The position numbers were made by a program, and so were the translations under genes. From Chlorobiota bacterium (GTDB lineage Bacteria; Bacteroidota; Bacteroidia; Bacteroidales; JAADJA01), in NCBI GenBank assembly GCA_013151015.1, contig JAADJA010000171.1, positions 5,749 through 69,748 of the forward strand: a stretch of DNA of 64,000 nt. Direction: 5' to 3'. Under the pieces are notes generated by a model. That model was not told the DNA's origin. It saw nothing but the letters and a program-made list of their open reading frames with translations, and did not search any database. Positions 52,528 through 64,000 of this stretch are shown here, one piece after another (positions within the stretch are counted from its first letter, which is position 1; each line of letters begins with the position of its first letter).

Positions 52528-52729
52528 TGCAAGGAAAAGACAGTAAGCAAAGGATAAAAATAAATAAATCCCAAAGTCGGCATTTATCCCAAACCATTGT
52601 ACTCGTAAGGTTCAATCTTTTCAAGATTATCAGATAGTATTGCCCATCAATTGTTCAATTCCTGCATTATGAGAAATTCAATCTTGTTTTTGTCATTGCT
52701 CATTTATTCCAACCAAATGATTCCCATTA

Positions 52730-54361
<1,632 letters not shown>

Positions 54362-54365
54362 TCAA

Positions 54366-54383
54366 GTTGGTGACAACACCAAC
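54366..54383. repeat. Short REP-like hairpin in the ABC-F 5' leader
   Basis: GTTGGTG-ACAA-CACCAAC. Confidence 0.4.
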
Positions 54384-54547
54384 CTGGCGCAACTAATAAC
54401 CCCCAATTGGATAGTGTTTTTTATTGGGCGGCAAAAGTAGCATTATTTCAATACAAATTTACAAAGAGGTGCGAATTTGGAAATTGCTGGCTTGGTTCAC
54501 TTTAATTTGGATTTGTTTCATTATCTTTGCATTTAAACAAAACAATA

Positions 54548-55120
54548 ATGGAAGACAATACGGTTAATGAACCTTTAGGGCAATACGGCAGACCTGTTGG
54601 TTTTGATCAGGTGTGGCAAATGTTTCAGGAAACGGACAAGAAATTCAAAGAAACCGACAAGCAATTCAAAGAAACGGACAAGAAAATTAAAGAACTGTCA
54701 GCCCTTTTTACATCACAATGGGGGAAATTAGTTGAATCCCTGGTTGAAGGGGATCTTGTTAACATATTGAACCATCGGGGAATTCAAGTTGAAAAAACCA
54801 TTCAACGTGTAAAAGGAAACCATAAGGGGCAAAATTTCGAATTCGACATCATAGCCATTAACGGGAAAGAAATAGTAATTGTTGAAGTTAAAACAACATT
54901 ACGGGTACAGGATGTGAACCATTTTCATGAAAAATTGTGGAAAGCAAAACAATTCATGCCCGAATACAATGACAAACATATCTACGGTGCAATGGCTTTC
55001 ATTATTGCCGAAGGGGCAAGTGAACGGATGGCAGAAAACCAGGGCTTTTTTGTTATCAGGGCAACGGGCAATAGTTCATCGATCGTCAATAAAAACAGTT
55101 TTAAACCAAAAGCTTTCTAA
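54548..55120 (+). CDS. Coiled-coil repeat + PD-(D/E)XK-like protein (DUF3782-like)
   Basis: (F)xETDKx heptads; WGKLVESLV; EFDIIAING..IVEVKTT. Confidence 0.8.
   Translation: MEDNTVNEPLGQYGRPVGFDQVWQMFQETDKKFKETDKQFKETDKKIKELSALFTSQWGKLVESLVEGDLVNILNHRGIQVEKTIQRVKGNHKGQNFEFDIIAINGKEIVIVEVKTTLRVQDVNHFHEKLWKAKQFMPEYNDKHIYGAMAFIIAEGASERMAENQGFFVIRATGNSSSIVNKNSFKPKAF
54623..54685 (+). repeat. 3 x 21-bp in-frame tandem repeat
   Basis: TTTCAGGAAACGGACAAGAAA / TTCAAAGAAACCGACAAGCAA / TTCAAAGAAACGGACAAGAAA. Confidence 0.9.
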
Positions 55121-55135
55121 ACCATGATGCCATAA

Positions 55136-55176
55136 AACAAAAAAACCGTAATCATAATGATTACGGTTTTTTTGTT
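55136..55176. terminator. Bidirectional terminator
   Basis: AACAAAAAAACCGTAATCAT-a-ATGATTACGGTTTTTTTGTT between convergent genes. Confidence 0.88.
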
Positions 55177-55197
55177 CTTCATGATAAAAATCAAAAC

Positions 55198-56343
55198 TTA
55201 TTCTTTCAAAATACCTTTTGAGATTACCAATCTTTGGATTTGGTTGGTCCCTTCATAAATCTGGCAAAGTTTTGCATCGCGCATCCTTTTTTCCACGCCA
55301 AATTCCCATGTGTAACCATCGCCGCCCATGGCCTGAACCGCATCGGTGGTAACTTCCATCCCAATATCGGAAGCATAAAGTTTCGACATGGCCGAAAGCT
55401 TGTTCAATTTCTTTTTGTCATGGTCGTAAGCCCAGGCAGCGTACCAGGTAATCATACGGGCTGTTTCCACTTTTGTGGCCATATCGGCAAGCATAAACCC
55501 AATTGCCTGGTTGGAAGCGATCGGCCTTCCAAACTGCTTCCTGTTCTTTGTCCAGTTCTTTGCTGTTTCGTAAGCTGCCCGCGCATTTCCAATGCTTAAT
55601 GCAGCAACACCGGTACGTGTTCGATCGAAGGTCTTCATGGCAAAAATAAACCCATATCCCTCCTCACCTATCCTATTGGCAACAGGCACTTCCACATCGG
55701 TAAATACAATCTCATTTTGAACAGATGCCTTTTGCCCCATCTTGTTCAAATGTGGTTTAAACTCAATTCCAGGGCTATCGGAAGAGACCAGAAAAGCTGT
55801 AAGGCTACGTGAACCTTTCTCGGGATCGGTAATGGCAAAAACCGTCATGAACGTTGACACTTCCGCATTTGTGATAAAACGCTTTTCCCCATTTATAATA
55901 TATTTGTCACCTTTCCTGATGGCCGTGGTTTTAATGCCCTGCACATCGGAACCGGCATTGGGCTCGGTAAGGCAATAAGCGGCAACCCCTTTCACTTCGT
56001 TTATCAGGCCAAAGAATTTCTTCTTTTGTTCCTCGTTTGCACCAATGTAAAGTGGGGTCAGGGCCAACGTATTGGCATCAATACAGATTCCGATACCCAC
56101 ACAACCCGCGCCCAATTCTTCGGATGCAAGTGCCCCATCCAGGAGACTGTGTTCGTGTCCGCCATAAATCTTTGACATGGGCCCGTTCATTATACCCTCA
56201 TCGTATGCAGCTTTTACCACATCCCAGGGAAATTCGGCCAGCTCATCATACTTCAAACTGTTTGGCAACATGTAACGGTCAGAAAAATCTTTGTATTTTT
56301 CAATTATCCCTAATTGTTCATTCGTTAAACTAAAATCAATCAT
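55198..56343 (-). CDS. Acyl-CoA dehydrogenase (short-chain type)
   Basis: YCLTEPNAGSDV, RKQFGRPI, QIYEGTNQIQR. Confidence 0.95.
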   Translation of the reverse strand: MIDFSLTNEQLGIIEKYKDFSDRYMLPNSLKYDELAEFPWDVVKAAYDEGIMNGPMSKIYGGHEHSLLDGALASEELGAGCVGIGICIDANTLALTPLYIGANEEQKKKFFGLINEVKGVAAYCLTEPNAGSDVQGIKTTAIRKGDKYIINGEKRFITNAEVSTFMTVFAITDPEKGSRSLTAFLVSSDSPGIEFKPHLNKMGQKASVQNEIVFTDVEVPVANRIGEEGYGFIFAMKTFDRTRTGVAALSIGNARAAYETAKNWTKNRKQFGRPIASNQAIGFMLADMATKVETARMITWYAAWAYDHDKKKLNKLSAMSKLYASDIGMEVTTDAVQAMGGDGYTWEFGVEKRMRDAKLCQIYEGTNQIQRLVISKGILKE

Positions 56344-56383
56344 AATCGAGTTTTATTTTTATAATTTATATTTGATTTATTTC

Positions 56384-57223
56384 CTATTCTATTTCAATTG
56401 GGTTGTCAAGGCTTTTGTTATACTGCTTCATGGCACGCATACTCATGCCCATACTGGAAAAACCACCATCATGGAAGATATTCTGCATAGTGATCTTCTT
56501 CGTTAAATCCGAAAACATCGCGATGGTGAAATTGGCACATTCTTCTGCCGAAGCGTTCCCGAGGGGCGACATACGATCGGTAAAATCCATTAGGCCATCC
56601 ATCCCTTTTACTCCCTTTCCGGCCGTTGTCCTTGTTGGCGATTGCGAAATCGTGTTCACCCTGATTTTCTTTTCGCGCCCATAAATATAACCAAAACTCC
56701 TGGCAATGGATTCCAGCAAGGCTTTGGCATCCGCCATATCGTTGTATCCATAAAGCACACGTTGGGCAGCAATGTACGACAAAGCGACCACACTCCCCCA
56801 TTCGTTAATGGCATCGTGCCTATAACTGATTTGCATAAGTTTGTGAAAGGAAATTGCTGAAATATCCAGGGTCTTATGAAAGAAATCATAATTCAGTTCA
56901 TTGTAAACTTTTTTCTTCCGCACGTTTATCGACATCCCAATGGAATGAAGGATAAAGTCCAGTTTCCCGCCCATGATTTCCATGGATTTTTCAATCAGGT
57001 TTTCCAAATCAGCCTCACTCGTTGCATCGGCCGGGATTATCGTTGCATTGCATTTTTTGGCAAGTTCATCTATTTCGCCAAAACGCATGGCAGTTGGCGT
57101 ATTTGTCAATACAAACCTTGCCCCTTCTTCATAAGCTTTTTCGGCTACTTTCCAGGCAATTGAATGATGGTCCAAGGCTCCGAAAATAATCCCTTTTTTC
57201 CCTTTTAATAAGTTATAAGCCAT
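56384..57223 (-). CDS. fabI: Enoyl-ACP reductase
   Basis: GKKGIIFGAL..SIAW; YNDMADAKA; ISQSPT. Confidence 0.93.
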   Translation of the reverse strand: MAYNLLKGKKGIIFGALDHHSIAWKVAEKAYEEGARFVLTNTPTAMRFGEIDELAKKCNATIIPADATSEADLENLIEKSMEIMGGKLDFILHSIGMSINVRKKKVYNELNYDFFHKTLDISAISFHKLMQISYRHDAINEWGSVVALSYIAAQRVLYGYNDMADAKALLESIARSFGYIYGREKKIRVNTISQSPTRTTAGKGVKGMDGLMDFTDRMSPLGNASAEECANFTIAMFSDLTKKITMQNIFHDGGFSSMGMSMRAMKQYNKSLDNPIEIE

Positions 57224-57419
57224 ATAGTTTTGTTTTTATTTTCAAATTAATCCAGTATTTGAAGAAAATTCCAAAAATCAAAAAACCAAATACAAATAAA
57301 TCCCAAATCGTAAAATCCCAAACTTTCAAGCTTTTGTCCCAAAATTTCGAAATTGTTTAATCATACCTTGATTATTATTTGCTTTTTGAACATTGTTTTC
57401 TGTAATTTTCTATCCAATT

Positions 57420-59075
57420 CTAATTATTCAACAATTGCCGGGCTGCCTCAACAGAAGATGAGGTCACATCCTGACCACTTATCATTTTGGCAATTTCAAA
57501 AATGCGTTCATCGGGCGACATCTTTTTTATGTGCGATGTAGTGGTTTCCCCGTCTGTTTCTTTATAAACAAGATAATGTGCATTTCCTTTGCCCGCTATC
57601 TGTGGCAAATGGGTAATTGCTATTACCTGCATTACAACTCCGAGTTCCGAAAGAATTGTACCCGTTTTGTCGGCAATGTTGCCCGATATCCCACTGTCTA
57701 TTTCATCAAACAATATAGTGGGCAATAAGTTTTTTTGCGAAATTAAGGATTTTATTGCTAACATCAATCTTGATATTTCCCCTCCCGAGGCCACCTTCGA
57801 CAATTCGCTCAACTCCCCTCCCCTATTTGCGTTGAACAAGAACCTGATCTCATCCATACCGGTTTTGTCAGGCTCATCAATTGTTTTATGTGCGATGGCA
57901 AAGCGGGCATCCGACAACCCAAGGAAAGAAATAACGCGAATCACCTCCTTTTCAATTTCTTTGAAAACCGCTTTTCTTTTTGTCGAAATCCCTGCCGCAA
58001 GACGATGAATACCCTCATTTGATTTTACGAGCTGTTTATTGGTTTTTTCAATTTCAGAATCAATGGAAACAATATATTTCATCTTTTGCCCGAGTTCCTC
58101 CATTATTTCAAGGAGTCCTTCAGTCGTATTTACATTGTGCTTTTGCTGGAGTGAATAAATCTTGTCCAAACGGCTGCTTATTTGGTCGATATGGGCCGGG
58201 TCATAACCAGACTCTTCTTCCATTTGGGAAATATCCGTTGAAATATCCCGCAACTCTATCAGGCAACTATTTATCCTTTTTGCAATTTCATCAAAACTTT
58301 CCCCAAATTTTGCAAGGGCCGCCAATGTATTGTTAACCAACGAAATCTGGTTGATCACACCTTCATCTTCGCCTTGCAAAATTTGTGAAGAAGAAAACAA
58401 TCCGGCCTTTATTTCTTCTGCATTGTTCAGTATCTTTAATTCATTCTCAAGCTTTCCCTGTTCATCCTTCTGCAAATTAGCTTCACTCAGTTCATTCAAC
58501 AAAAAAGAAAAATAATCCTTTTCTGCCTTGGCTTTTATTTCCTTCTCCCGAAGTGCGAGCAGTTTCCCCTTCAGGTTTTTATATTCACTGAAACGTTTGG
58601 AAAAACCTGCTACTTCCTTTTGTATCCCGGCAAAACCGTCCACAACGGCCATTTGGAAACCGGCATTGTTGATCGTGATGGTTTGGTGTTGAGAATGGAT
58701 ATCAATCAGTCGTGAGCCCAATTCCTTTAAGATGTTCAGGCCTACGGGCGAATCATTTATAAATGCCCTTGATTTCCCGTTTGGGTTTATTTCACGACGT
58801 AAATAAGTTGTCGCATCATAATCAAGGTCGTATTGAACAAAAAAACCTTTCAAGGAATAATTAGCAATCTCAAAAGTCCCTTCGATGATGCACTTTTCCA
58901 TTTTGTTTTGCAAAACACCCGTATCGGCCCTTTTTCCGAGGATAAGCCCCAAAGCCCCAAGCAGGATGGATTTTCCGGCCCCGGTTTCCCCGGTAATGAC
59001 GGACAAACCCTTTCCAAACTCTATTTCAAGTAATTGGATAAGTACATAATTTTTTATGGACAAGTGTGTGATCAT
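57420..59075 (-). CDS. recN: DNA repair protein RecN
   Basis: GETGAGKS, DIHSQH, ASGGE, FDEIDSG, ITHLPQIA. Confidence 0.97.
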   Translation of the reverse strand: MITHLSIKNYVLIQLLEIEFGKGLSVITGETGAGKSILLGALGLILGKRADTGVLQNKMEKCIIEGTFEIANYSLKGFFVQYDLDYDATTYLRREINPNGKSRAFINDSPVGLNILKELGSRLIDIHSQHQTITINNAGFQMAVVDGFAGIQKEVAGFSKRFSEYKNLKGKLLALREKEIKAKAEKDYFSFLLNELSEANLQKDEQGKLENELKILNNAEEIKAGLFSSSQILQGEDEGVINQISLVNNTLAALAKFGESFDEIAKRINSCLIELRDISTDISQMEEESGYDPAHIDQISSRLDKIYSLQQKHNVNTTEGLLEIMEELGQKMKYIVSIDSEIEKTNKQLVKSNEGIHRLAAGISTKRKAVFKEIEKEVIRVISFLGLSDARFAIAHKTIDEPDKTGMDEIRFLFNANRGGELSELSKVASGGEISRLMLAIKSLISQKNLLPTILFDEIDSGISGNIADKTGTILSELGVVMQVIAITHLPQIAGKGNAHYLVYKETDGETTTSHIKKMSPDERIFEIAKMISGQDVTSSSVEAARQLLNN

Positions 59076-59169
59076 GAATTTGAATTGCCGGGAAAGGCCT
59101 TTTCTGAATTAAACTTTAGGCGGCCAAAGATAGAAAAAAATAATGGATATTGTTTTTGCAAAAGCTATC

Positions 59170-60066
59170 CTAGTTCCTCTCATTTATTTTGGAATACTTG
59201 GAAGTATTTGCCGGGTCGATATCCTTCATGATATTGATGGCATCGGTCTTTTCTTTGGGGTTTGCCCCTTTGAAAATATTTACGATCTCATCGTTTTTTG
59301 CATCCAGTATCAGTTTCAGGGCAAACAAACCCGGCTTGTCATCATGGATATTTTTCAGTAATGACAAAGAAGAAAGTATTTTTTGCCTTCCCTGCTCCGT
59401 TTTGTCCGACATCAAATCCAGGCCAAGGCGATGATAATCATAAAGGAACTTGCGTAAATCGGCATATGAGTTATTTGTATAATTTTCCACGAACCAATAC
59501 CTGTTTTTATTACTTTCAAATGCCTTCCACCCTGCGAAAGCTTCATTTTGTGCCGTGTTCACGATTGCTTCTGCCTTTTCATAAAACGGCGTGCCCCCAT
59601 ACAAGGAATAAGAATCGAAATCAAGGCCAAGTATCATATATAGGTAATAGGCAACCACGGAAGTGAGGTTGGTGGAAAAATTGTTCTCCTGGTATTCAAG
59701 GGCCTGGAACTGTACATATTCAAAATCAAATTTATTGTCAACGTAATTCAAAAGGGGCGAATTATAGGATGACATGAAAATAGGGCGGCTGGCAACAATA
59801 TTCAACCTTGCCTTGAACAAATCCGTTGAAACCCTTTCGATAATTGTAATCACCATGGTACATTCAATGCGTTCCTCGACCTTAAAATCGTAACTGGTCC
59901 ATTTCCTGTTGTTGATGAACTCCATCAAGGCATTTTTCATGTCATCGTACACCTGCCTGTCCGAGCCCTGTACCTGGGTAGAGGTCACGTCAACCGAACA
60001 CAAAAATTCCTGTGAATAAAGATTTGAGGTGAAAACAACAAAAAATATGAGGGCAAAAATTCGCAT
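59170..60066 (-). CDS. porD: DUF4835 / T9SS-associated PorD
   Basis: QEFLCSV..EFINNRKWT..LGLDFDSY..NRYW; between coaBC and recN. Confidence 0.85.
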   Translation of the reverse strand: MRIFALIFFVVFTSNLYSQEFLCSVDVTSTQVQGSDRQVYDDMKNALMEFINNRKWTSYDFKVEERIECTMVITIIERVSTDLFKARLNIVASRPIFMSSYNSPLLNYVDNKFDFEYVQFQALEYQENNFSTNLTSVVAYYLYMILGLDFDSYSLYGGTPFYEKAEAIVNTAQNEAFAGWKAFESNKNRYWFVENYTNNSYADLRKFLYDYHRLGLDLMSDKTEQGRQKILSSLSLLKNIHDDKPGLFALKLILDAKNDEIVNIFKGANPKEKTDAINIMKDIDPANTSKYSKINERN

Positions 60067-60076
60067 ATGTTTATTT

Positions 60077-61279
60077 TTAACTCGAAAACAATTCAATTAT
60101 TCTATCTGCAATATCAATGGCAACGGCTTGTTTCGATTTTAATTCAAAAGGTGTCACCTTCAGTTGTTTGTCGATAATCGTAATTTTATTGGTATCGTGA
60201 CCAAAGCCGGCCCCTTTTTCCTTCAAAGAATTTAAAACGATAAAATCGAGGTTTTTATTTTTCAGTTTCTTTTTGGCATTTGCCAATTCATTCTCTGTTT
60301 CCAGTGCAAAACCAACAAGGAACTGTTCATTTGTCTTTCTGCGACCTAATTCAGCCAGAATGTCTTTGGTTGGTTTTAGGTCGATGGAGAGTGAATTTGA
60401 TTTTTTCTTGATCTTTTCCCTTGCGACATTTTTTGGGGAATAATCGGCTACCGCTGCCGTAAGAATGGCGATGTCAACATCCGAATGACAGGACATACAG
60501 GCATTGTACATTTCTTCGGCTGATTTAACATCAATCCGTTTGATGTTCTCGTGAAAGGTTCCAATACTTACCGGTCCTGCGACAAGAATTACACGAGCCC
60601 CTCTCTCGGCAAGCTCTTCGGCAATTGCAAATCCCATTTTCCCTGAGGAATGGTTTCCAATAAAGCGGACGGGATCAATGGCTTCATAAGTTGGCCCGGC
60701 GGTAATCAGGACTTTTCTATTGGCGAAGTCTTTTTTTTTATCGAAAAAAACGGAAAGCCGTTCAACAATGGCTTCAGGCTCTTCCATTCTGCCTGCCCCT
60801 ATCAGGCCACTGGCAAGTTCACCTTCCCTGGGCTCGATCAGCTTATTGCCAATTGCCGTCAACTTTTTTATGTTATTTGCCGTAGATGGGTGATGAAACA
60901 TATCGAGGTCCATGGCAGGGGCAAAAAAGACAGGGCACTTGGCAGCAAGATAAACAGCAATAAGCAGGTTGTCCGCAATGCCATTTGCCAGTTTCCCAAG
61001 CGTGGTGGCCGTAACAGGTGCAATAAGGTAAACATCGGCCCAATTGCCCAAATCCACATGGCTTTCCCATTTGCCCGTTGACTCATCGAAAAAACCGGAC
61101 AAGACCGGATTCCCAGAAAGGGTGGAAAGTGTCAAAGGGGTCACAAAATCCTTTGCTGCTTCCGAAACAAGCACCTTCACCTCCGCACCTTCTTTTTTAA
61201 GCAGCCGAACGAGAAAAGGCACCTTGTAGGCAGCGATACTACCGGTTACACCAATCAGGACTTTTTTTCCTTCTAACAT
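60077..61279 (-). CDS. coaBC: Phosphopantothenoylcysteine decarboxylase/ligase
   Basis: [44 protein letters not shown]. Confidence 0.97.
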   Translation of the reverse strand: MLEGKKVLIGVTGSIAAYKVPFLVRLLKKEGAEVKVLVSEAAKDFVTPLTLSTLSGNPVLSGFFDESTGKWESHVDLGNWADVYLIAPVTATTLGKLANGIADNLLIAVYLAAKCPVFFAPAMDLDMFHHPSTANNIKKLTAIGNKLIEPREGELASGLIGAGRMEEPEAIVERLSVFFDKKKDFANRKVLITAGPTYEAIDPVRFIGNHSSGKMGFAIAEELAERGARVILVAGPVSIGTFHENIKRIDVKSAEEMYNACMSCHSDVDIAILTAAVADYSPKNVAREKIKKKSNSLSIDLKPTKDILAELGRRKTNEQFLVGFALETENELANAKKKLKNKNLDFIVLNSLKEKGAGFGHDTNKITIIDKQLKVTPFELKSKQAVAIDIADRIIELFSS

Positions 61280-61285
61280 TTTTTG

Positions 61286-61621
61286 TTAAAATTCATCAAT
61301 TTTGCTCTTTTCCGGGTTACGGAAATAAGTGTTTCGGTCCATAAACTCCTGGACGGCAATCAGTGTGGGCTTTGGAAGGCGCTCATAAAAACGGGCCACT
61401 TCAATTTGTTCCCGGTTCTCGAAAATCTCCTCAAGGTTGTCTTGTGTCGTGGCAAACTCCTGGATTTTTTTGCTGAGTTCTTCCTTCATTTCAAGGGAAA
61501 TCTGATTGGCCCTTTTTGAAATAATGGCAATTGATTCGTAGATATTTCCCGTAGGGTCATCAAATTCACGGATGGTACGGGTAATCGCTTCAGTTTCTGT
61601 TTTAACTTTTTTATAATCCAT
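61286..61621 (-). CDS. rpoZ: RNA polymerase omega subunit
   Basis: TGNIYESIAIISKRANQI..EIFENREQIE..YERLPKPT. Confidence 0.93.
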   Translation of the reverse strand: MDYKKVKTETEAITRTIREFDDPTGNIYESIAIISKRANQISLEMKEELSKKIQEFATTQDNLEEIFENREQIEVARFYERLPKPTLIAVQEFMDRNTYFRNPEKSKIDEF

Positions 61622-61631
61622 TATGATCTTA

Positions 61632-62450
61632 TTAATTTCTTTCTTCAATATTATCTAATTGTTTCCTTGCCCGATCGGTCATATACTTAATGTCTTTGTT
61701 GTGTTTGCTATCGGGATATAATGTAATAAATGTGTTGTTGTTGTATGTATCCATGGCTTCGGCATATCTCTCTTGCCGTTTTGACCTCACGCTTTTTGAT
61801 GCGTAAAAATAATATGCCTGTATCATATAAAACATGGCATCTTCCTTCATCTTGGTATCGGGATAATCTTTCAGCAATTGATCAAAAGATGTAACCGCTG
61901 CCTTATATTTCCTCATTTTAAGGTACAACTTTGCCGTTTCAAATTCTTTTTTCTGCAATTTTTCCCGGAGCTCGTCGATCAGGGCATTGCATTCTTCAAG
62001 TCGGGAACTCTTGGGATAAGCATTGATAAAAAGCTGTAAACCGTTTATGGCCTCATAGGTATTCGTTTGGTCGAGGCTGTAAACCGGCGAATCCAAATAC
62101 TTGCAATAGGCAGTCATAAACGAGGCTTCTTCTGCTTTTTCACTTCTCGGAAAAGTTTTTGCAAAGCGGTCAAAATAATAACTGGCCAATATATAGTCCT
62201 TTTGGTAGTAATATGCATAGGAATATTTGTAAGCAATATCTTCAGCTTCATCGGTTCCACGATAAAACGGAATGACCTGGTCAAAGAGGTTCAAAGCATG
62301 ATAATAATCTTCACGCTCATAATACTCCATTGCTTTTTCATATTTATACTTAAAGTCCTGGCTTTTTGAGATTTTACTATACTTGCTACAAGAAGGTAAA
62401 ACCGCTGAAAACAAGACGATTAATATGTATAATGATGTTTTTTTAAACAT
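61632..62450 (-). CDS. bamD: Outer membrane assembly lipoprotein BamD
   Basis: Lipobox LPSC; SLDQTNT..FINAYP; synteny with rpoZ. Confidence 0.93.
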   Translation of the reverse strand: MFKKTSLYILIVLFSAVLPSCSKYSKISKSQDFKYKYEKAMEYYEREDYYHALNLFDQVIPFYRGTDEAEDIAYKYSYAYYYQKDYILASYYFDRFAKTFPRSEKAEEASFMTAYCKYLDSPVYSLDQTNTYEAINGLQLFINAYPKSSRLEECNALIDELREKLQKKEFETAKLYLKMRKYKAAVTSFDQLLKDYPDTKMKEDAMFYMIQAYYFYASKSVRSKRQERYAEAMDTYNNNTFITLYPDSKHNKDIKYMTDRARKQLDNIEERN

Positions 62451-62656
62451 GGGCGCAAAATTACGGTAATTAATCGAGAATTAAAAACGTAAAAAACCTT
62501 AAATTATTTCCATGGGAATCGAAACGCTTTTTATTTATAACTTCTTATAAATTAGTCAATCAACCTCATTTTGTTGAAATTATTTTAAAACTATATTTGA
62601 ATATGCCTGTGAATAGTCATAGTTTTGCCGTTTTTAAAAATTAAGAAGGATTTGAT

Positions 62657-63904
62657 ATGGATATTTTCAATAAAATTAAAACCGCACCGGGAGCCTTAGG
62701 GAAATACATGGCTAAAGCCCATGGTTATTTCGCATTCCCAAAGCTGGAAGGGCCAATTTCGAATAAGATGATGTTTCTCGGCAAGGAACACCTTGTCTGG
62801 AGTTTGAACAACTATCTTGGCCTTGCAGGTCACCCCGATGTAATAAAAGCCGATGCAGATGCCGCAGCCAAGTGGGGAATGGCTTATCCAATGGGTGCAC
62901 GGATGATGTCGGGACAAACAAAATACCATGAACAACTTGAACAGGAACTCGCTGATTTTGTGGGCAAAGAAGCTAGCTATTTATTGAATTACGGTTATCA
63001 GGGGATGGTGTCCATAATCAACACAATGGTTGACAGGCGAGATGTAATCGTTTATGATTCCGATGCCCATGCCTGTATCATTGACGGTATGCGACTGCAT
63101 TTCGGGAAACGTTTTGTATATCCACACAACGATATGAACAACCTTGACAAAGAACTTCAGCGGGCCACAAAAATCGTGGAAAAAACCGGTGGAGGTATCC
63201 TTGTGATCACAGAAGGAGTTTATGGAATGGCAGGAGACCTTGGGAAATTAGACGAAATTGTTGAAATGAAAAAGAAATACAATTTCAGGATTTTGGTGGA
63301 TGATGCGCATGGGTTTGGGACCATGGGCGAAAACGGGGCCGGGACCGGAGAACATTTTGGTGTCCAGGATGAAATAGATTTATACTTCGGCACTTTTGCC
63401 AAGTCCATGGCAGGAATCGGTGGTTTTGTTGCAGGCGACAAAAAAGTCATCAACTTCCTGATGTACAATATGCGTTCGCAGATATATGCCAAATCATTGC
63501 CCATGCCAATGGTGATGGGTGCGCTCAAAAGGTTGGACATGCTCAGGAACGAACCACAGCACAAAGAAAAACTCTGGACAATCGTTAAAGCGCTTCAAGG
63601 GGGGCTTCGGAAAGCAGGTCTCGATCTTGGAGACACGGAATCACCTGTGACCCCGGTGTTTTTACATGGGGAAACCCCTTTGGCCATGCATGTTACTGTT
63701 GACCTTCGCGAGAACTACAGTATCTTTTGTTCCATAGTGATTTATCCGGTAGTCCCAAAAGGCGTTATCATGCTAAGGCTGATACCAACAGCAATGCACA
63801 CGTTGGAAGACGTGGAATATACGATCAAGGCTTTTACGGAAATCAAGGCGAAAGTTGACAACCACGAATATCCGGAAGAAGAAGCCAGCATGGCAGTTGA
63901 CTAA
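62657..63904 (+). CDS. spt: Alpha-oxoamine synthase, probable serine palmitoyltransferase
   Basis: GYFAFPKLEG, NNYLGL, DDAHG, GTFAKSMA resemble Bacteroidota SPT. Confidence 0.8.
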   Translation: MDIFNKIKTAPGALGKYMAKAHGYFAFPKLEGPISNKMMFLGKEHLVWSLNNYLGLAGHPDVIKADADAAAKWGMAYPMGARMMSGQTKYHEQLEQELADFVGKEASYLLNYGYQGMVSIINTMVDRRDVIVYDSDAHACIIDGMRLHFGKRFVYPHNDMNNLDKELQRATKIVEKTGGGILVITEGVYGMAGDLGKLDEIVEMKKKYNFRILVDDAHGFGTMGENGAGTGEHFGVQDEIDLYFGTFAKSMAGIGGFVAGDKKVINFLMYNMRSQIYAKSLPMPMVMGALKRLDMLRNEPQHKEKLWTIVKALQGGLRKAGLDLGDTESPVTPVFLHGETPLAMHVTVDLRENYSIFCSIVIYPVVPKGVIMLRLIPTAMHTLEDVEYTIKAFTEIKAKVDNHEYPEEEASMAVD

Positions 63905-63923
63905 AAAAACCTTTTTATGTGAT

Positions 63924-63955
63924 AAAAACCGGTTGGAATTGCCAACCGGTTTTTT
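63924..63955. terminator. Intrinsic terminator after spt
   Basis: AAAAACCGGTTGG-aattg-CCAACCGGTTTTTT. Confidence 0.88.
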
Positions 63956-64000
63956 AAGGGGTTTTAAATTCTATTTGGCAATAGAAAATTTCTACTTTTG

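Overview
Bacteroidota chromosomal window, Bacteroidales-like (TAnnTTTG -7 promoters, T9SS cargo domains, bamD-rpoZ-coaBC-porD-recN synteny). The left third is accessory. It holds a cobalamin-riboswitch-led uptake locus (T9SS-tailed BtuG-like propeller with a transcobalamin-like domain, T9SS-tailed BtuH-like protein, BtuB, BtuG lipoprotein) interrupted by hicBA. It also has a T9SS M14 carboxypeptidase, an RNase P RNA with an enlarged repetitive P12, and an AT-rich T9SS cassette bracketed by two related clusters of REP/MITE-like palindromes. The middle carries alpha-2-macroglobulin, a C1 peptidase, LytS/LytTR, typA, redox/cold-shock genes, and a decayed slipin/TPR/rtcB locus with an apparently intact leader-peptide attenuator. 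The right third is mostly housekeeping (gyrA, clpC, acyl-CoA dehydrogenases, ABC-F, fabI, recN, coaBC, rpoZ, bamD, spt). No CRISPR array, rRNA, tRNA, transposase or integrase was seen. All family calls come from motif recognition by eye; no searches were run.
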